DNA of 64,000 bases from an uncultured Gammaproteobacteria bacterium (GTDB lineage: Bacteria > Pseudomonadota > Gammaproteobacteria > Arenicellales > CAJQKF01), in contig CAYGJZ010000009.1 in the NCBI GenBank assembly GCA_964350265.1, positions 427 to 64,426 on the forward strand, in the 5' to 3' direction. Made by a program: the position numbers and the translations under genes. Below the pieces are notes generated by a model, which did no database searches, had not been told where the DNA came from, and saw nothing but the letters and a program-made list of their open reading frames with translations. Below are positions 52,923-62,932 of the stretch, in pieces (positions within the stretch are counted from its first letter, which is position 1; each line of letters starts with the position of its first letter).

Positions 52923-55280
52923 ATGACCTGGTTCAAGCGCATCCTCTTCGCCGGACTTGCCCTCGGCGTGGCCGGTGCGGTCGCCGCCGGCGTGCTCGTC
53001 TACCAGCTCCTGCCCACCCTGCCGTCCACCGAGAGCATCGGCGAGATCCAGCTCAAGGTACCGCTGCGGGTGTTCACCGTCGACGGCCAGTTGATCGGCG
53101 AGTACGGCGACTATCGCCGCACCCCGGTGGACATCGAGGAGGTGCCGCCGCTGATGGTCCGCGCCATCCTCGCCGCCGAGGACGACCGCTTCTTCGAGCA
53201 CCACGGCGTGGACATCGCCGGCATTGCCCGCGCCGCGCTGGCCAACCTGCGCAGCGGCGGACACGGCCAGGGTGCCAGCACCATCACCATGCAGGTGGCG
53301 CGCAACTACTTCCTGACCCGGGAGAAGACCTACACCCGCAAGATCAAGGAAATCCTGCTCTCGCTGCGCCTGGAGCAGGAGCTGTCGAAAGAGGAGATCC
53401 TCGAGCTCTACGTCAACAAGATCTTCCTCGGCCACCGCTCCTACGGCTTCCAGGCGGCGGCGCTGTTCTACTACGACAAGCCGCTGTCCGACCTCACCGT
53501 GGCCGAAATCGCCATGCTCGCCGGGCTGCCCAAGGCGCCGTCGCGCTCCAACCCGCTGAGCAACCCCGAGGCGGCCAAGGTTCGCCGCAACTACGTGCTG
53601 CGGCGCATGCGCGACCTCGAGGACATCGACCAGGCCACCTACGATGCCCACGTCGATGCGCCGCTGACCGCCAGCCGGCATGTTTCGCCGGTGGACGTCG
53701 ACGCGCCCTTCGTCGCCGAGATGGCGCGCGACTACATCGTCAACAAGTACGGTGAGCGGGCCTACGAGTCCGGCTTCCAGATCTACACCACGATATCCGG
53801 CAAGGACCAGCAGGCAGCCAACGAGGCCCTGCGCCGCGGCCTGGTGGCCTATGACCAGCGCCACGGCTTCCGCGGCCCGCTCGGCAACATCGACCCCGCC
53901 TCGCTGCCCGACAACCAGGCGCTCAGCGAGGCCCTGAAGGCCTATCCGCGCAGCACCCCGATCGAACCGGCGATGGTGATCGCGGCCGACAGCGACCAGT
54001 TGCAGGCCTATGCCCCGGATCTTGGCCAGGTCGGCATCGACGCCGACGGCTGGTCCTGGGCCACCGACGACCCCGCCAAGCTGCTCAAGGTCGGCGACAT
54101 CGTCTACGTGGCGCCAGGCGACGGCGACGGCCAGTGGCGGCTGTCGCAACTGCCCGAGGTGGCCGGCGCGCTGGTCTCGCTGAACCCCAACGACGGCGCC
54201 ATCCTGGCCCTCACCGGTGGCTTCGACTACTACCTTGGCAAGTTCAACCGCGCCACCCAGGCCCGTCGCCAGCCGGGTTCCAACCTCAAGCCCTTCATCT
54301 ACTCGGCGGCGCTGAACAACGGCTTCACCGCCGCCACCCTGGTCAGCGGCGCGCCGATCGTGGTGGAAGACCCGGTGGAGGGCACCTGGCGGCCGGAGAA
54401 CTACAGCGGCCGTTTCTACGGCCCGACCCGGGTACGCGAAGCACTGACCAGCTCCATGAACCTGGTCTCGGTCCGCCTGCTGCGCGCGATGGGCCTGCCG
54501 GTGGTGCTGGACCACCTGGAAACCTTCGGCTTCCACCGCGAGCACCTGCCCCGGGGACTGTCGCTGGCGCTGGGCACCGCCACCCTGACGCCGCTGGAGA
54601 TGGTCAGCGGCTACGCCGTCTTCGCCAACGGCGGCTACCGCGTCGAGCCCTACTTCATCGCCCGCGTGGAGGACCAGGACGGACAGATCGTGGAGTACTC
54701 CAACCGCGTGCGCCTGTGCCCCGACTGCGAGGTCTCGGAGGAGGCGCTGGTCAACGACCCCGACGCCATCGACCCGCGCTATGCCCGCCAGGTGCTGTCG
54801 CCGGAGAACACCTTCATCATGACCAGCATCATGCGCGACGTGATCCGCCTGGGCACCGGCAAGCAGGCGCTGGAACTTGGCCGCAACGACCTGGCCGGCA
54901 AGACCGGCACCACCAACGACTTCCGCGACGCGTGGTTCTCCGGCTTCAACGGCGACGTGGTCACCTCGGTGTGGGTCGGCTTCGACCAGCCGCGCAGCCT
55001 GGGCCGCTCCGAGTCCGGCGCCAAGGCGGCGTTGCCGATCTGGATCGACTACATGCGCGTGGCCCTTGAGGGGCTGCCGGAAACCGAGCTTGAGGTGCCC
55101 GAGAACGTGGTCACCGGCCTGGTCAGCCGACAGACCGGCGAGCCGGTGGCGAACGGCAGCGCCGATGCCTACCAGGAGTACTTCTTCATGGGCACCGAAC
55201 CGCAGATCGGCATGAGCGACACCGATCTCGCCCGCGACATGAACCGGCCCGAGCAGCGCAAGGTCGAGGACCTGTTCTAG
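52923..55280 (+). CDS. mrcA: penicillin-binding protein 1A (bifunctional glycosyltransferase/transpeptidase)
   Basis: ATG 52923. GT51 motifs AAEDDRFFEHHGVD, GASTITMQVARN, RKIKE. Transpeptidase motifs SNLKPF, SMN, KTGTTND. Divergent from pilM. Confidence 0.9.
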   Translation: MTWFKRILFAGLALGVAGAVAAGVLVYQLLPTLPSTESIGEIQLKVPLRVFTVDGQLIGEYGDYRRTPVDIEEVPPLMVRAILAAEDDRFFEHHGVDIAGIARAALANLRSGGHGQGASTITMQVARNYFLTREKTYTRKIKEILLSLRLEQELSKEEILELYVNKIFLGHRSYGFQAAALFYYDKPLSDLTVAEIAMLAGLPKAPSRSNPLSNPEAAKVRRNYVLRRMRDLEDIDQATYDAHVDAPLTASRHVSPVDVDAPFVAEMARDYIVNKYGERAYESGFQIYTTISGKDQQAANEALRRGLVAYDQRHGFRGPLGNIDPASLPDNQALSEALKAYPRSTPIEPAMVIAADSDQLQAYAPDLGQVGIDADGWSWATDDPAKLLKVGDIVYVAPGDGDGQWRLSQLPEVAGALVSLNPNDGAILALTGGFDYYLGKFNRATQARRQPGSNLKPFIYSAALNNGFTAATLVSGAPIVVEDPVEGTWRPENYSGRFYGPTRVREALTSSMNLVSVRLLRAMGLPVVLDHLETFGFHREHLPRGLSLALGTATLTPLEMVSGYAVFANGGYRVEPYFIARVEDQDGQIVEYSNRVRLCPDCEVSEEALVNDPDAIDPRYARQVLSPENTFIMTSIMRDVIRLGTGKQALELGRNDLAGKTGTTNDFRDAWFSGFNGDVVTSVWVGFDQPRSLGRSESGAKAALPIWIDYMRVALEGLPETELEVPENVVTGLVSRQTGEPVANGSADAYQEYFFMGTEPQIGMSDTDLARDMNRPEQRKVEDLF

Positions 55281-55302
55281 GCGCGCCGCCGGACCGGCAC
55301 GC

Positions 55303-56175
55303 CTAGCGACGCCGCTTGGCGGACGCCGCGCCGGCCAGCCGGTAGAGCGCCTGCGGCCGCGCCCCGGTGACCCCGGCGATCAATTGCGCCGCCTGCTTCA
55401 GCGGCATGTGCTGGTTCAGCGTGCGCACCGCCTCCACCCACTCCGGTCGCGGCGTGTCGGCGGCCTCGGCCTCGACCCCCGCCACCACGATCACGAACTC
55501 GCCGCGACGGTGGTTGTCGTCCGCGGCCAGCCATTCCGCCAGCATCGCCAGGCCCCCGTCGACGATGCTCTCGAAGCGCTTGGTCAATTCCCGGCACAGT
55601 GCCCCGCGCCGCTCGCCGCCGAAGATGGCCACCAGGTCGTCCATGCACGCCGTCACCCGGTGCGGCGACTCGTAGAACACCATGGTGCGGACCTCCCCGG
55701 CCAGCGCCGACAGCGCCGAGCGCCTGGCCGAGGCTGTGGCCGGCAGGAATCCCTCGAAGGTGAAACGGGCGGTGGCGATGCCCGCCGCCGACAGCGCGGT
55801 AACCAGCGCGCAGGGCCCGGGCAGCGGCGACACCGCCACGCCGGCCTCGCGTGCACACCGAACCAGGGCGAAGCCCGGGTCGGAGACCAGCGGCGTGCCG
55901 GCATCGCTGACCAGCGCCACCGACTCGCCTGCCTGCAACCGCCTGACCAGCGCCGGCGCACGCTGCGCCTCGTTGTGCTCGTGCACCGAGACCAGCGGCA
56001 CGGCGATCCCCAGGTGACGCAGCAGCGCCCCGGTATGCCGGGTATCCTCGGCGGCGACCAGGTCCACCGAGCGCAGGATGGACACCGCCCGCGCGGTGAT
56101 GTCCCCGAGGTTCCCGATCGGTGTCGCCACCACGTACAAGGTGCCCGGCAAGGCCCGGGTTTCGGTCTGGTTCAT
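55303..56175 (-). CDS. rsmI: 16S rRNA (cytidine1402-2'-O)-methyltransferase
   Basis: 290 aa. LYVVATPIGNLGDIT, AAEDTRHTG, SDAGTPLVSDPG. Confidence 0.9.
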   Translation of the reverse strand: MNQTETRALPGTLYVVATPIGNLGDITARAVSILRSVDLVAAEDTRHTGALLRHLGIAVPLVSVHEHNEAQRAPALVRRLQAGESVALVSDAGTPLVSDPGFALVRCAREAGVAVSPLPGPCALVTALSAAGIATARFTFEGFLPATASARRSALSALAGEVRTMVFYESPHRVTACMDDLVAIFGGERRGALCRELTKRFESIVDGGLAMLAEWLAADDNHRRGEFVIVVAGVEAEAADTPRPEWVEAVRTLNQHMPLKQAAQLIAGVTGARPQALYRLAGAASAKRRR

Positions 56176-56212
56176 GCAGGTTGCGGCATTGTCCTAAGGT
56201 ATACTCGTCGCG

Positions 56213-58156
56213 ATGCAGACGGCTTCGATTTCCAACTCCCGGTTGCCCCGGCGGGGCATGCGCTGGCTCGTTGTCGCCGCCATCGTCGTGCTTGGCGGCT
56301 GCCAGATCACGCCACCGCAGCGCCCGGTGCCCACGCCTTCCCCGCCACCGGACACGCCCCCCGCCGGCGCCACCGTGACGCCGCTGGCCAGTGGCGACAG
56401 CGCCACCTCGCCGTGGGACTATATCGCACTGGCACGCGGGGCGAGCGGCACGGAGCGCCAGGACTACCTGCTCGACGCCATCGAGGGCTTCCTGGATCTT
56501 GGCCAGTCCGCTACTGCCCGCACCCTGATCGAACAGCTTGCCGCCGAGTCCCTGGCGCCGCCACAGGCCGCGCGCAACCGCATCGCCCTGGCCCGCAGCT
56601 ACTACCAGGAACGCCAGTATGCGCGGGTGGAGAGCACTCTCGCGCCGCTCACTGCGCAAGGCGGGCTGGATGCCGAGACCACCGCCAGCATCATGCTGCT
56701 GCGCGCGCGCAGTCTCGCCGCGCAGGGCAACCCGGAAGGTGCCCTGTCCCTGCTCACCGCGCGCGAACCGCTGCTGGTCGACCAGGCCGCCATCGTCGAG
56801 AACCAGGAAACCATCTGGCGCATGCTCGGCCTGCTCGACGGTACCCGGCTCGCCCAACTGCGCGCCGACGGCTCCCGCCAGACCCTGGCGCAGTGGGCCG
56901 ACCTTGCCCTGGTCAGCCAGCGCTTTGGCTGGAACCCGCACCAGATGCGTCAGCAGCTCGAGCAGTGGCGCGCGCTGTACCCCAGCCACCCGGCATCGCG
57001 GGTACTGATCCCGCAGACCCTGGCCCGGCTGGGCGACAACCTCGCCGAGTACCGCAAGATCGCCCTGCTGTTGCCGATGACCTCCGGCTTCGGTGCCGCG
57101 GCACAGGCACTGTATGACGGCTTCTCGATGATGTACGAGGCCGACAGCAACCCGCGCAAGCCGCTGGTCACCCTGTACGATACCGGCGAGAACGCCGAGC
57201 TGGTCGGCTTCTACTACCAGGCGGCGGTGCGCGAGGGCGCCGAGCTGGTCATCGGCCCGCTGGGCAAGATGGCGGTGGATGCGCTGGTGGCGGGCACCGA
57301 GCTGACGGTGCCCACGCTGCTGCTGGGCAATACCGACCAGGCGCTGGGCCTGCGCCGCAACGTCTTCCAGTTCGGTCTCTCGCCGGAGGACGAGGCCCGG
57401 CAGCTGGCCAACCGGGCCTTTGCCGAGGGCCTGCGGGTGGCCGCGGTGCTGTATCCGCGCACCGACTGGGGCGTTCGCCAGCACGATGCCTTCGCCGAGC
57501 GCTGGCAGGCACTCGGCGGCGTGGTCGCCGAATCCAGCGTCTACCAGGAGAACGGCTCCGACCATTCCCAGGCCATCAAGCTGATGCTCAACCTGGACGA
57601 GAGCGAGGGCCGCCACCGGGAACTTGAGCGGCTGGTCGGGCAGGACCTCGAGTTCGTGCCGAAGCGGCGCGAGGACCTCGACTTCGTGTTCATGATTGCC
57701 CGCTCCGACCAGGGTCGACTGCTCAAGCCGCAGATCGACTTCCACAAGGGCCAGGACCTGCCGGTCTATGCCATCTCCCAGGTCTACGGCGGCGGCGACC
57801 CGGTCAAGGACATCGACCTGGCCAGCGTCGTCTTCGGCGACATGCCCTGGCTGCTCGGCGGCACCGGCGTGCACCGCGCCATCCGCGACCAGCTGCCCGA
57901 GGGCGACCGCTACCGCGACCAGCCGCTGGACCGGCTGTTCGCGCTCGGCATCGACGCCTACCAGCTGCTGTTCCGGCTGGAGGCGATGAAGACCAACCCG
58001 CAGCTCGAGTTCCCCGGCACCACCGGCGTGCTCAGCCTCGGCCCCGACGGCAACATCGTGCGACGCCTGATGTGGGCCCGGTTCACCGAGGGCGGCGTCG
58101 AACCGCTTCGCTTCGATACCGCGCTGACCGGCCCGGGGCCGGCCGCGCCGCGTTGA
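56213..58156 (+). CDS. lpoA: penicillin-binding protein activator LpoA (YraM family lipoprotein)
   Basis: 647 aa. Lipobox VVLGGC, TPR-like N-domain, and a periplasmic-binding-protein-like C-domain (KIALLLPMTSGFGAAAQALYDGF). Sits in rsmI-lpoA-yraN synteny. Confidence 0.8.
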   Translation: MQTASISNSRLPRRGMRWLVVAAIVVLGGCQITPPQRPVPTPSPPPDTPPAGATVTPLASGDSATSPWDYIALARGASGTERQDYLLDAIEGFLDLGQSATARTLIEQLAAESLAPPQAARNRIALARSYYQERQYARVESTLAPLTAQGGLDAETTASIMLLRARSLAAQGNPEGALSLLTAREPLLVDQAAIVENQETIWRMLGLLDGTRLAQLRADGSRQTLAQWADLALVSQRFGWNPHQMRQQLEQWRALYPSHPASRVLIPQTLARLGDNLAEYRKIALLLPMTSGFGAAAQALYDGFSMMYEADSNPRKPLVTLYDTGENAELVGFYYQAAVREGAELVIGPLGKMAVDALVAGTELTVPTLLLGNTDQALGLRRNVFQFGLSPEDEARQLANRAFAEGLRVAAVLYPRTDWGVRQHDAFAERWQALGGVVAESSVYQENGSDHSQAIKLMLNLDESEGRHRELERLVGQDLEFVPKRREDLDFVFMIARSDQGRLLKPQIDFHKGQDLPVYAISQVYGGGDPVKDIDLASVVFGDMPWLLGGTGVHRAIRDQLPEGDRYRDQPLDRLFALGIDAYQLLFRLEAMKTNPQLEFPGTTGVLSLGPDGNIVRRLMWARFTEGGVEPLRFDTALTGPGPAAPR

Positions 58157-58512
58157 TCGCGCGACACCTGGCCGACGGCGCCTGGGCGGAGCGCCATGCC
58201 CGCCGGCACCTGGAACATCGCGGCATGAAACTCGTCGAGCGCAACTACACCTCGCCCCACGGCGAGATCGACCTGGTCATGCGCGAGGGCGACACGCTGG
58301 TCTTCGTCGAGGTGCGCATGCGCGCCGACACCCGCTTCGGCCATCCCGCCGAAACCATCGACGCGGCCAAGCAACGCCGCCTCCGGCGCACCGCGGAAAG
58401 CTACCTGCAACGCCAGTTTCGATCACCGCCGAACTGCCGCTTCGACGTCGTCACCATCGTCGGCGACCGGCGCCAGCCGGAAACCCGGTGGTTCCGCGAC
58501 GCATTCAGTTAA
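58153..58512 (+). CDS. yraN: YraN-family endonuclease-like protein
   Basis: TTG 58153 overlaps the lpoA TGA. GEIDLVMREGDTLVFVEVR...CRFDVV is the YraN/UPF0102 pattern. Confidence 0.8.
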   Translation: MIARHLADGAWAERHARRHLEHRGMKLVERNYTSPHGEIDLVMREGDTLVFVEVRMRADTRFGHPAETIDAAKQRRLRRTAESYLQRQFRSPPNCRFDVVTIVGDRRQPETRWFRDAFS

Positions 58513-58566
58513 CCCGCGCCCTGCACTCGCGTATCATCACCGCGTGAACGCACGCACCTTCGCGAC

Positions 58567-59187
58567 ATGAATCCCACAGACTTCATCCGCCAACATACCG
58601 AACGCTCCATCGCGGTGGTCGGCCGTGCCATCGACGAACTCGACGATGCCATTGCCGACGGCGCCGCGCGCATGATTCGCTGCCTCGACGCCGATGGCCG
58701 CATCCTCGCCTGCGGCAACGGCGGCTCGGCCAGCGATGCCCTGCATTTTTCCGCCGAGCTGCTCAACCGCTACCGCGATGACCGGCGACCCCTGCCGGCC
58801 ATCGCCCTGAACGCGGACGTCGCCACGCTCACCGCCATCGCCAACGACTTCTCCTACGACGACGTCTTCGCCAAGCAGGTCGCCGCGCTGGCCCGGCCCG
58901 GCGACATCCTCCTGGCCATCACCACCTCCGGTCGCTCGCCCAACGTGCTGCGCGCCATCGAGGCCGCCCATGCCCGCGGCGCCACCACCGTGCTGCTGAC
59001 CGGCCGGGATGGCGGCGCCTGCGCCGCGCGACTGGCCGACGACGACCTGCTGCTGTGCGTGCCCGATGCGGTCACCGCGCACATCCAGGAGGCACACGGC
59101 CTGATCATCCACTGCCTGTGCGCATTGATCGAGGCGCACTTTCTCGTCCCCACCCCGAAGGTCACCGAGCAAGGAGAGATCGCATGA
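58567..59187 (+). CDS. diaA: SIS-domain protein, DiaA-like (often annotated phosphoheptose isomerase)
   Basis: 206 aa. [73 protein letters not shown]. Closer to the remembered DiaA strings than to GmhA. Confidence 0.75.
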   Translation: MNPTDFIRQHTERSIAVVGRAIDELDDAIADGAARMIRCLDADGRILACGNGGSASDALHFSAELLNRYRDDRRPLPAIALNADVATLTAIANDFSYDDVFAKQVAALARPGDILLAITTSGRSPNVLRAIEAAHARGATTVLLTGRDGGACAARLADDDLLLCVPDAVTAHIQEAHGLIIHCLCALIEAHFLVPTPKVTEQGEIA

Positions 59188-59786
59188 ACCCATCTTCGAA
59201 GTCGCCCACCCCTGGCTGCTGGCCGAGCCTGGTCCTGTGCCTTGTCGCCAGCATCTACCTCGGTGCCTGCGCCGCGGCCGCGGTCGGCAGCGTGCTGGTC
59301 ACCTCGGTGGACATTGCCCGCGACCGGCGCACGGTGGGCACCTACGTCGACGACAACGCGGTGGAGCTGAAGATCCGCCATGCCATTCGCCAGGACACCG
59401 AGATCGGTGGCGGCGTGCACATCTCGGTGACCTCGGTCAACGGCGTGGTGCTGTTGACCGGCGAGGTGGCCAACAATGCCCAGGGTCGCAGGGCGGTGGG
59501 CATTGCGCGCGGATTCACCGAGGCACGGCAGGTGGTCAACCAGCTGGTCATCGCGCCGGTGTCGACCTTCAGCAACCGCAACTTCGACTCGTGGCTGACC
59601 ACCAAGGCGAAGTCGTCGCTGATCACCTCGCGCGACGTCAGCGCCGGCGACATCAAGGTGGTGACCGAACGCGCCACCATCTACCTGATGGGCGTGGTCA
59701 CCCGCGCCGAGGCCGATGCCGCGGTGGCCGCGCTGCAGCAGCTTCGCGGCGTCGAGCGCATCGTCAAGGTTTTCGAGTACATCTGA
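59184..59786 (+). CDS. dolP: dual-BON-domain lipoprotein (DolP/YraP)
   Basis: ATG 59184 overlaps the diaA TGA. Lipobox YLGAC. Two BON repeats ([16 protein letters not shown]; [16 protein letters not shown]). Confidence 0.8.
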   Translation: MNPSSKSPTPGCWPSLVLCLVASIYLGACAAAAVGSVLVTSVDIARDRRTVGTYVDDNAVELKIRHAIRQDTEIGGGVHISVTSVNGVVLLTGEVANNAQGRRAVGIARGFTEARQVVNQLVIAPVSTFSNRNFDSWLTTKAKSSLITSRDVSAGDIKVVTERATIYLMGVVTRAEADAAVAALQQLRGVERIVKVFEYI

Positions 59787-59813
59787 AAGCCGACCACCGC
59801 AGCGGAACCTGTC

Positions 59814-60314
59814 ATGGCGCACTACGAAACGAAGATCCACGCCTCGCTCGCCGAGCTCGCGCCGAAGATCGACCAGCTGCCGCGACCGGTGGTGTTTACC
59901 AACGGCTGCTTCGACCTGCTGCATCCGGGCCACGTCGACTACCTCGAGCAGGCCTCGACCTTCGGTGAAACGCTGGTGGTGGGGGTCAACAGCGACCGCT
60001 CCATTCGCAACCTCGGCAAGGGCGACGACCGGCCCTACAACCACCAGCAGGATCGCATGCTGGTGGTGGCTGGCCTGGGCGCGGTGGACATCGTGGTCGG
60101 CTTCGACGACGCGACGCCAATCGAGTTGATTCGCGCCATCCGGCCGGAACGGCTGGTCAAGGGCGGCGACTGGCCGGTGGACGAGATCGTCGGCGCCGAC
60201 TTCGTGCGCGAACACGGTGGCGAGGTCTGCTCGGTGCCGATTCGCTACCAGCGTTCGACCACCGCGCTGGCCGACCGCATCAAGGCCTTCCACAACCTGT
60301 TCCAGGGGGGCTAG
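59814..60314 (+). CDS. hldC: D-glycero-beta-D-manno-heptose 1-phosphate adenylyltransferase (stand-alone RfaE domain II)
   Basis: 166 aa. VVFTNGCFDLLHPGHVDYL, VGVNSD (cytidylyltransferase HxGH family). Confidence 0.85.
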   Translation: MAHYETKIHASLAELAPKIDQLPRPVVFTNGCFDLLHPGHVDYLEQASTFGETLVVGVNSDRSIRNLGKGDDRPYNHQQDRMLVVAGLGAVDIVVGFDDATPIELIRAIRPERLVKGGDWPVDEIVGADFVREHGGEVCSVPIRYQRSTTALADRIKAFHNLFQGG

Positions 60315-60318
60315 GACG

Positions 60319-60891
60319 GTGCTGGTCGCAGGCCGTCGACGGCGCTCGCCCGCATGGGGATGGCTGTCGGCACTCGCGCTGGTGCTTGTTCCGCCGCCGG
60401 CAGCGGCGCAGACGGGCGACATCGACGCGGTCGACGCCGAGCCGCAGCGACCCACGCCGAGGGAGCGGGTGTTTCGCTACTTCGACGATGAAGACGCGGT
60501 GCGCATCGTGCCCGGCCAGGGGATTGGCCGCCTGTTGCTGGGCACGCCGCTCAACAGCGTGGTCGCCACCTTCGGTGCGCCACTGGCCAGCGAGCGCAGC
60601 GGCGTCATCAACCGTCGCACCACGCTGCTCTACCGCTCCGGACCCAGCGGCTTCATTTCCCTGCGCGGCGATCGCACGGTGGAAGAGATCGGTCTCGAGA
60701 ACGTGCCGACCATCACCACCGCACAGGGCGTCGGCAACGGCATGCCCGCCCACCAGGTGGCGATGGTCTACGGGGAACCGGAGATCGACGAGGACGGTGG
60801 CTACCGCTACCCGCAACTGGGCATCGGTTTCTCCTTCCGCGCCGGCATCGTCTTCCAGGTGCTGGTCTTCCCTGCCGAGGCCGCCGACTGA
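60319..60891 (+). CDS. hypothetical secreted protein with two G-x-G...LG-x-P hairpin-like repeats
   Basis: GTG 60319. Leader WLSALALVLVPPPAAAQ. Repeats GQGIGRLLLGTPLNSVVATFGAP and AQGVGNGMPAHQVAMVYGEP. No family assigned. Confidence 0.5.
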   Translation: MLVAGRRRRSPAWGWLSALALVLVPPPAAAQTGDIDAVDAEPQRPTPRERVFRYFDDEDAVRIVPGQGIGRLLLGTPLNSVVATFGAPLASERSGVINRRTTLLYRSGPSGFISLRGDRTVEEIGLENVPTITTAQGVGNGMPAHQVAMVYGEPEIDEDGGYRYPQLGIGFSFRAGIVFQVLVFPAEAAD

Positions 60892-60910
60892 TCGTCCGGG
60901 CCGGGCCCGC

Positions 60911-61447
60911 TCAGGCGAGACGGGTTTCGCCGAGCACCATGTAGTCGCGGGACAGTTCGGCCATCATCGGCTCGAGCTCGGCCAGGGCGCGCTGGTAGAC
61001 CTGGCGCTTGAAGGCGACGATGCGATCCACCGGGTCCCAGTAGTCCACCCAGCGCCAGCGGTCGAACTCCGGCTTCGCCACCCGGTCCAGGCAGACATCG
61101 GAATCGGCGCCGGTCAGCTGGAACAGGAACCATACCTGCTTCTGGCCGCGGAACTGCCCGCGCCGCGCGGACACGCGCATGCGCGGCACGTCGTACTTCA
61201 GCCAGGACTGGGTGCGACCGACCAGGCGCACGTGCTCGGGCAACAGCCCGACTTCTTCGTACAGCTCGCGAAAGGCCGCCTGCTCGGCGGTTTCATCCCG
61301 CTCCACCCCTCCCTGTGGAAACTGCCAACCGTCCCGGGTCGTGCGTCGCGCCCACAGCACCTTGCACTGGTGGTTGCAGACGACGATGGCGACATTGGGC
61401 CGGTATCCTTCCGAATCGAGCTTGCCGGAAACGGAGGAACGTTGCAT
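60911..61447 (-). CDS. rppH: RNA pyrophosphohydrolase (Nudix)
   Basis: 178 aa. GYRPNVAIVVCN, Nudix box WQFPQGGVERDETAEQAAFRELYEEVGL, WFLF. Confidence 0.9.
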   Translation of the reverse strand: MQRSSVSGKLDSEGYRPNVAIVVCNHQCKVLWARRTTRDGWQFPQGGVERDETAEQAAFRELYEEVGLLPEHVRLVGRTQSWLKYDVPRMRVSARRGQFRGQKQVWFLFQLTGADSDVCLDRVAKPEFDRWRWVDYWDPVDRIVAFKRQVYQRALAELEPMMAELSRDYMVLGETRLA

Positions 61448-61525
61448 GACATTGAAAAGAAAGTGTAAAGATCCGGGGCTATTTTTCCACGATCCTCCGT
61501 GCTTGGCAAACCCGCCGGGCCACGG

Positions 61526-61858
61526 TCAGGGGCGGCGCGAGGCCTCGTCGTGCGCCTGGAACAGCGTCTCCAGCCGGTCGATCACCGATGCCGCGGACTG
61601 ACCCTGCAGCAGGTGGGCGGAGACCAGCGCGGCGCACTCGTCGAGGAGGGCGGCGGACTGCAGCGCCGGGTAACGCTGGCGCAGCCGCCGAATGGCCGCC
61701 AGCACGCCCTCCGACGGCGGCCTCGGGATATCCACCGGCGGTGGCGGGGCCGCCGGCTCGGCCCGCTGCTCGAGGAAGCCGAGGAAGGCCAGGAGCGCGT
61801 GGCGATCGTCGTCGGCCAGGGCCTGGATGCGGCGCAGCAGCTCCGCATCGCTGCTCAT
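61526..61858 (-). CDS. hypothetical protein, translationally coupled to the upstream LysR gene
   Basis: 110 aa. The ATG overlaps the LysR stop (ATGA, 61855-61858). AELLRRIQALADDDRHALLAFLGFLEQR, a proline linker, then a helical C-domain. No family recognised with confidence. Confidence 0.5.
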   Translation of the reverse strand: MSSDAELLRRIQALADDDRHALLAFLGFLEQRAEPAAPPPPVDIPRPPSEGVLAAIRRLRQRYPALQSAALLDECAALVSAHLLQGQSAASVIDRLETLFQAHDEASRRP

Positions 61859-62772
61859 GCGCCGTTCTGCACCACCGAGCGCTGCTGGCAGTGGGCGGTG
61901 ATGAACTCGAGGAATTCCTCCATCGCCCGCATGCGGAACTTCTGTCGCTGGTAGACGATGGAGAAGGGCCGTTTCATCGGCTTCTTCAAGCTGACCGCGG
62001 TCAGGATGCCGAGCTTCAACTCCTTCTCCAACGTGGCCACCGACAGGATCGACACGCCGAGGCCCACCGCCACCGCGTTCTTGATCGACTCCGGCCCGCC
62101 GAACTCCATCACCGAGTTCACCTGGCTGGAATCGATGTCATGGGCGGCCATGTAGTCCTCGATCACCTCGCGGGTGCCGGAGCCCTCCTCGCGGCTGATG
62201 AACGGGTACTTGAACACCTCGCCGATCTCCACCTTGCTCTTCGACGCCAGCGGGTGGTCCGGCGCCACCACCGCCACCAGCTCGTCTTCCCAGCACACCG
62301 AGGTGACCAGGTTGCGATTGCTCACCGGGCCCTCGACGATGCCGATGTCGATCTCGTTGTTCTCCACCATGTGGATGATGCCGACGGTGTTGGCGATGTG
62401 CAGCCGTACCGAAACCTCCGGGTAACGCCGCTGGTACTCGCCGAGCAGGGCCGGCGCCACGTACTCGCCGATGGTGGTACTGGCGCCCATGACCAGCGGC
62501 CCGAGCACGTCGCCGGTGAGCTTGCGCACCTCGTTGTCCATTTCGCTGTACAGGGAGATGATCTGCTCGGCATAGGTCTTCACCAGCTCGCCGGCGCTGG
62601 TCAGGCTGATGCGGTTGTGGGTGCGGTCGAACAGCCGGGTGTTGAAGTAGTCCTCGAGCTGGCGGATCTGGAAGGTCACCGCCGGCTGGGTCATGTGCAA
62701 TGCCTCCGCCGCCTTGGTGAAACTGAGCAAACGCGCGACCGTGGAAAATACCTGCAGTCTTCTGTCGGCCAT
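61855..62772 (-). CDS. LysR-family transcriptional regulator
   Basis: ATG 62772. MADRRLQVFSTVARLLSFTKAAEALHMTQPAVTFQIRQLEDYF is a LysR HTH, followed by a type-2 periplasmic-binding-fold effector domain. Confidence 0.85.
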   Translation of the reverse strand: MADRRLQVFSTVARLLSFTKAAEALHMTQPAVTFQIRQLEDYFNTRLFDRTHNRISLTSAGELVKTYAEQIISLYSEMDNEVRKLTGDVLGPLVMGASTTIGEYVAPALLGEYQRRYPEVSVRLHIANTVGIIHMVENNEIDIGIVEGPVSNRNLVTSVCWEDELVAVVAPDHPLASKSKVEIGEVFKYPFISREEGSGTREVIEDYMAAHDIDSSQVNSVMEFGGPESIKNAVAVGLGVSILSVATLEKELKLGILTAVSLKKPMKRPFSIVYQRQKFRMRAMEEFLEFITAHCQQRSVVQNGA

Positions 62773-62879
62773 GCCGTGATTCCCTTGTGATGTTGTTCGC
62801 CGCGGGGTGTCGGGCCGCTGCTGGCGGCCGGGGGCAGCGGCCGGGCGATCCGGGCGCGGCATGCGGCGTGATGAGTTCT

Positions 62880-62894
62880 ATAAGCGGATTTTAT
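62880..62894. promoter_or_regulatory. ATAA-N7-TTAT palindrome (T-N11-A type), candidate LysR autoregulatory site
   Basis: Read directly: ATAAGCGGATTTTAT, about 110-120 nt upstream of the LysR ATG. Confidence 0.25.
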
Positions 62895-62932
62895 GGTGCA
62901 CGGGGCACGTTGAAAAGCGCGGGAGATTCCCC

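Noticed and set aside
55277-57874. 865-aa minus-strand ORF, plus 6336-8174 and 7936-9912 minus-strand ORFs
   Set aside because: They are out of frame with or antisense to rsmI/lpoA and to the CoA ligase, hydrolase and MFS genes respectively. They have no motifs and a biased composition.
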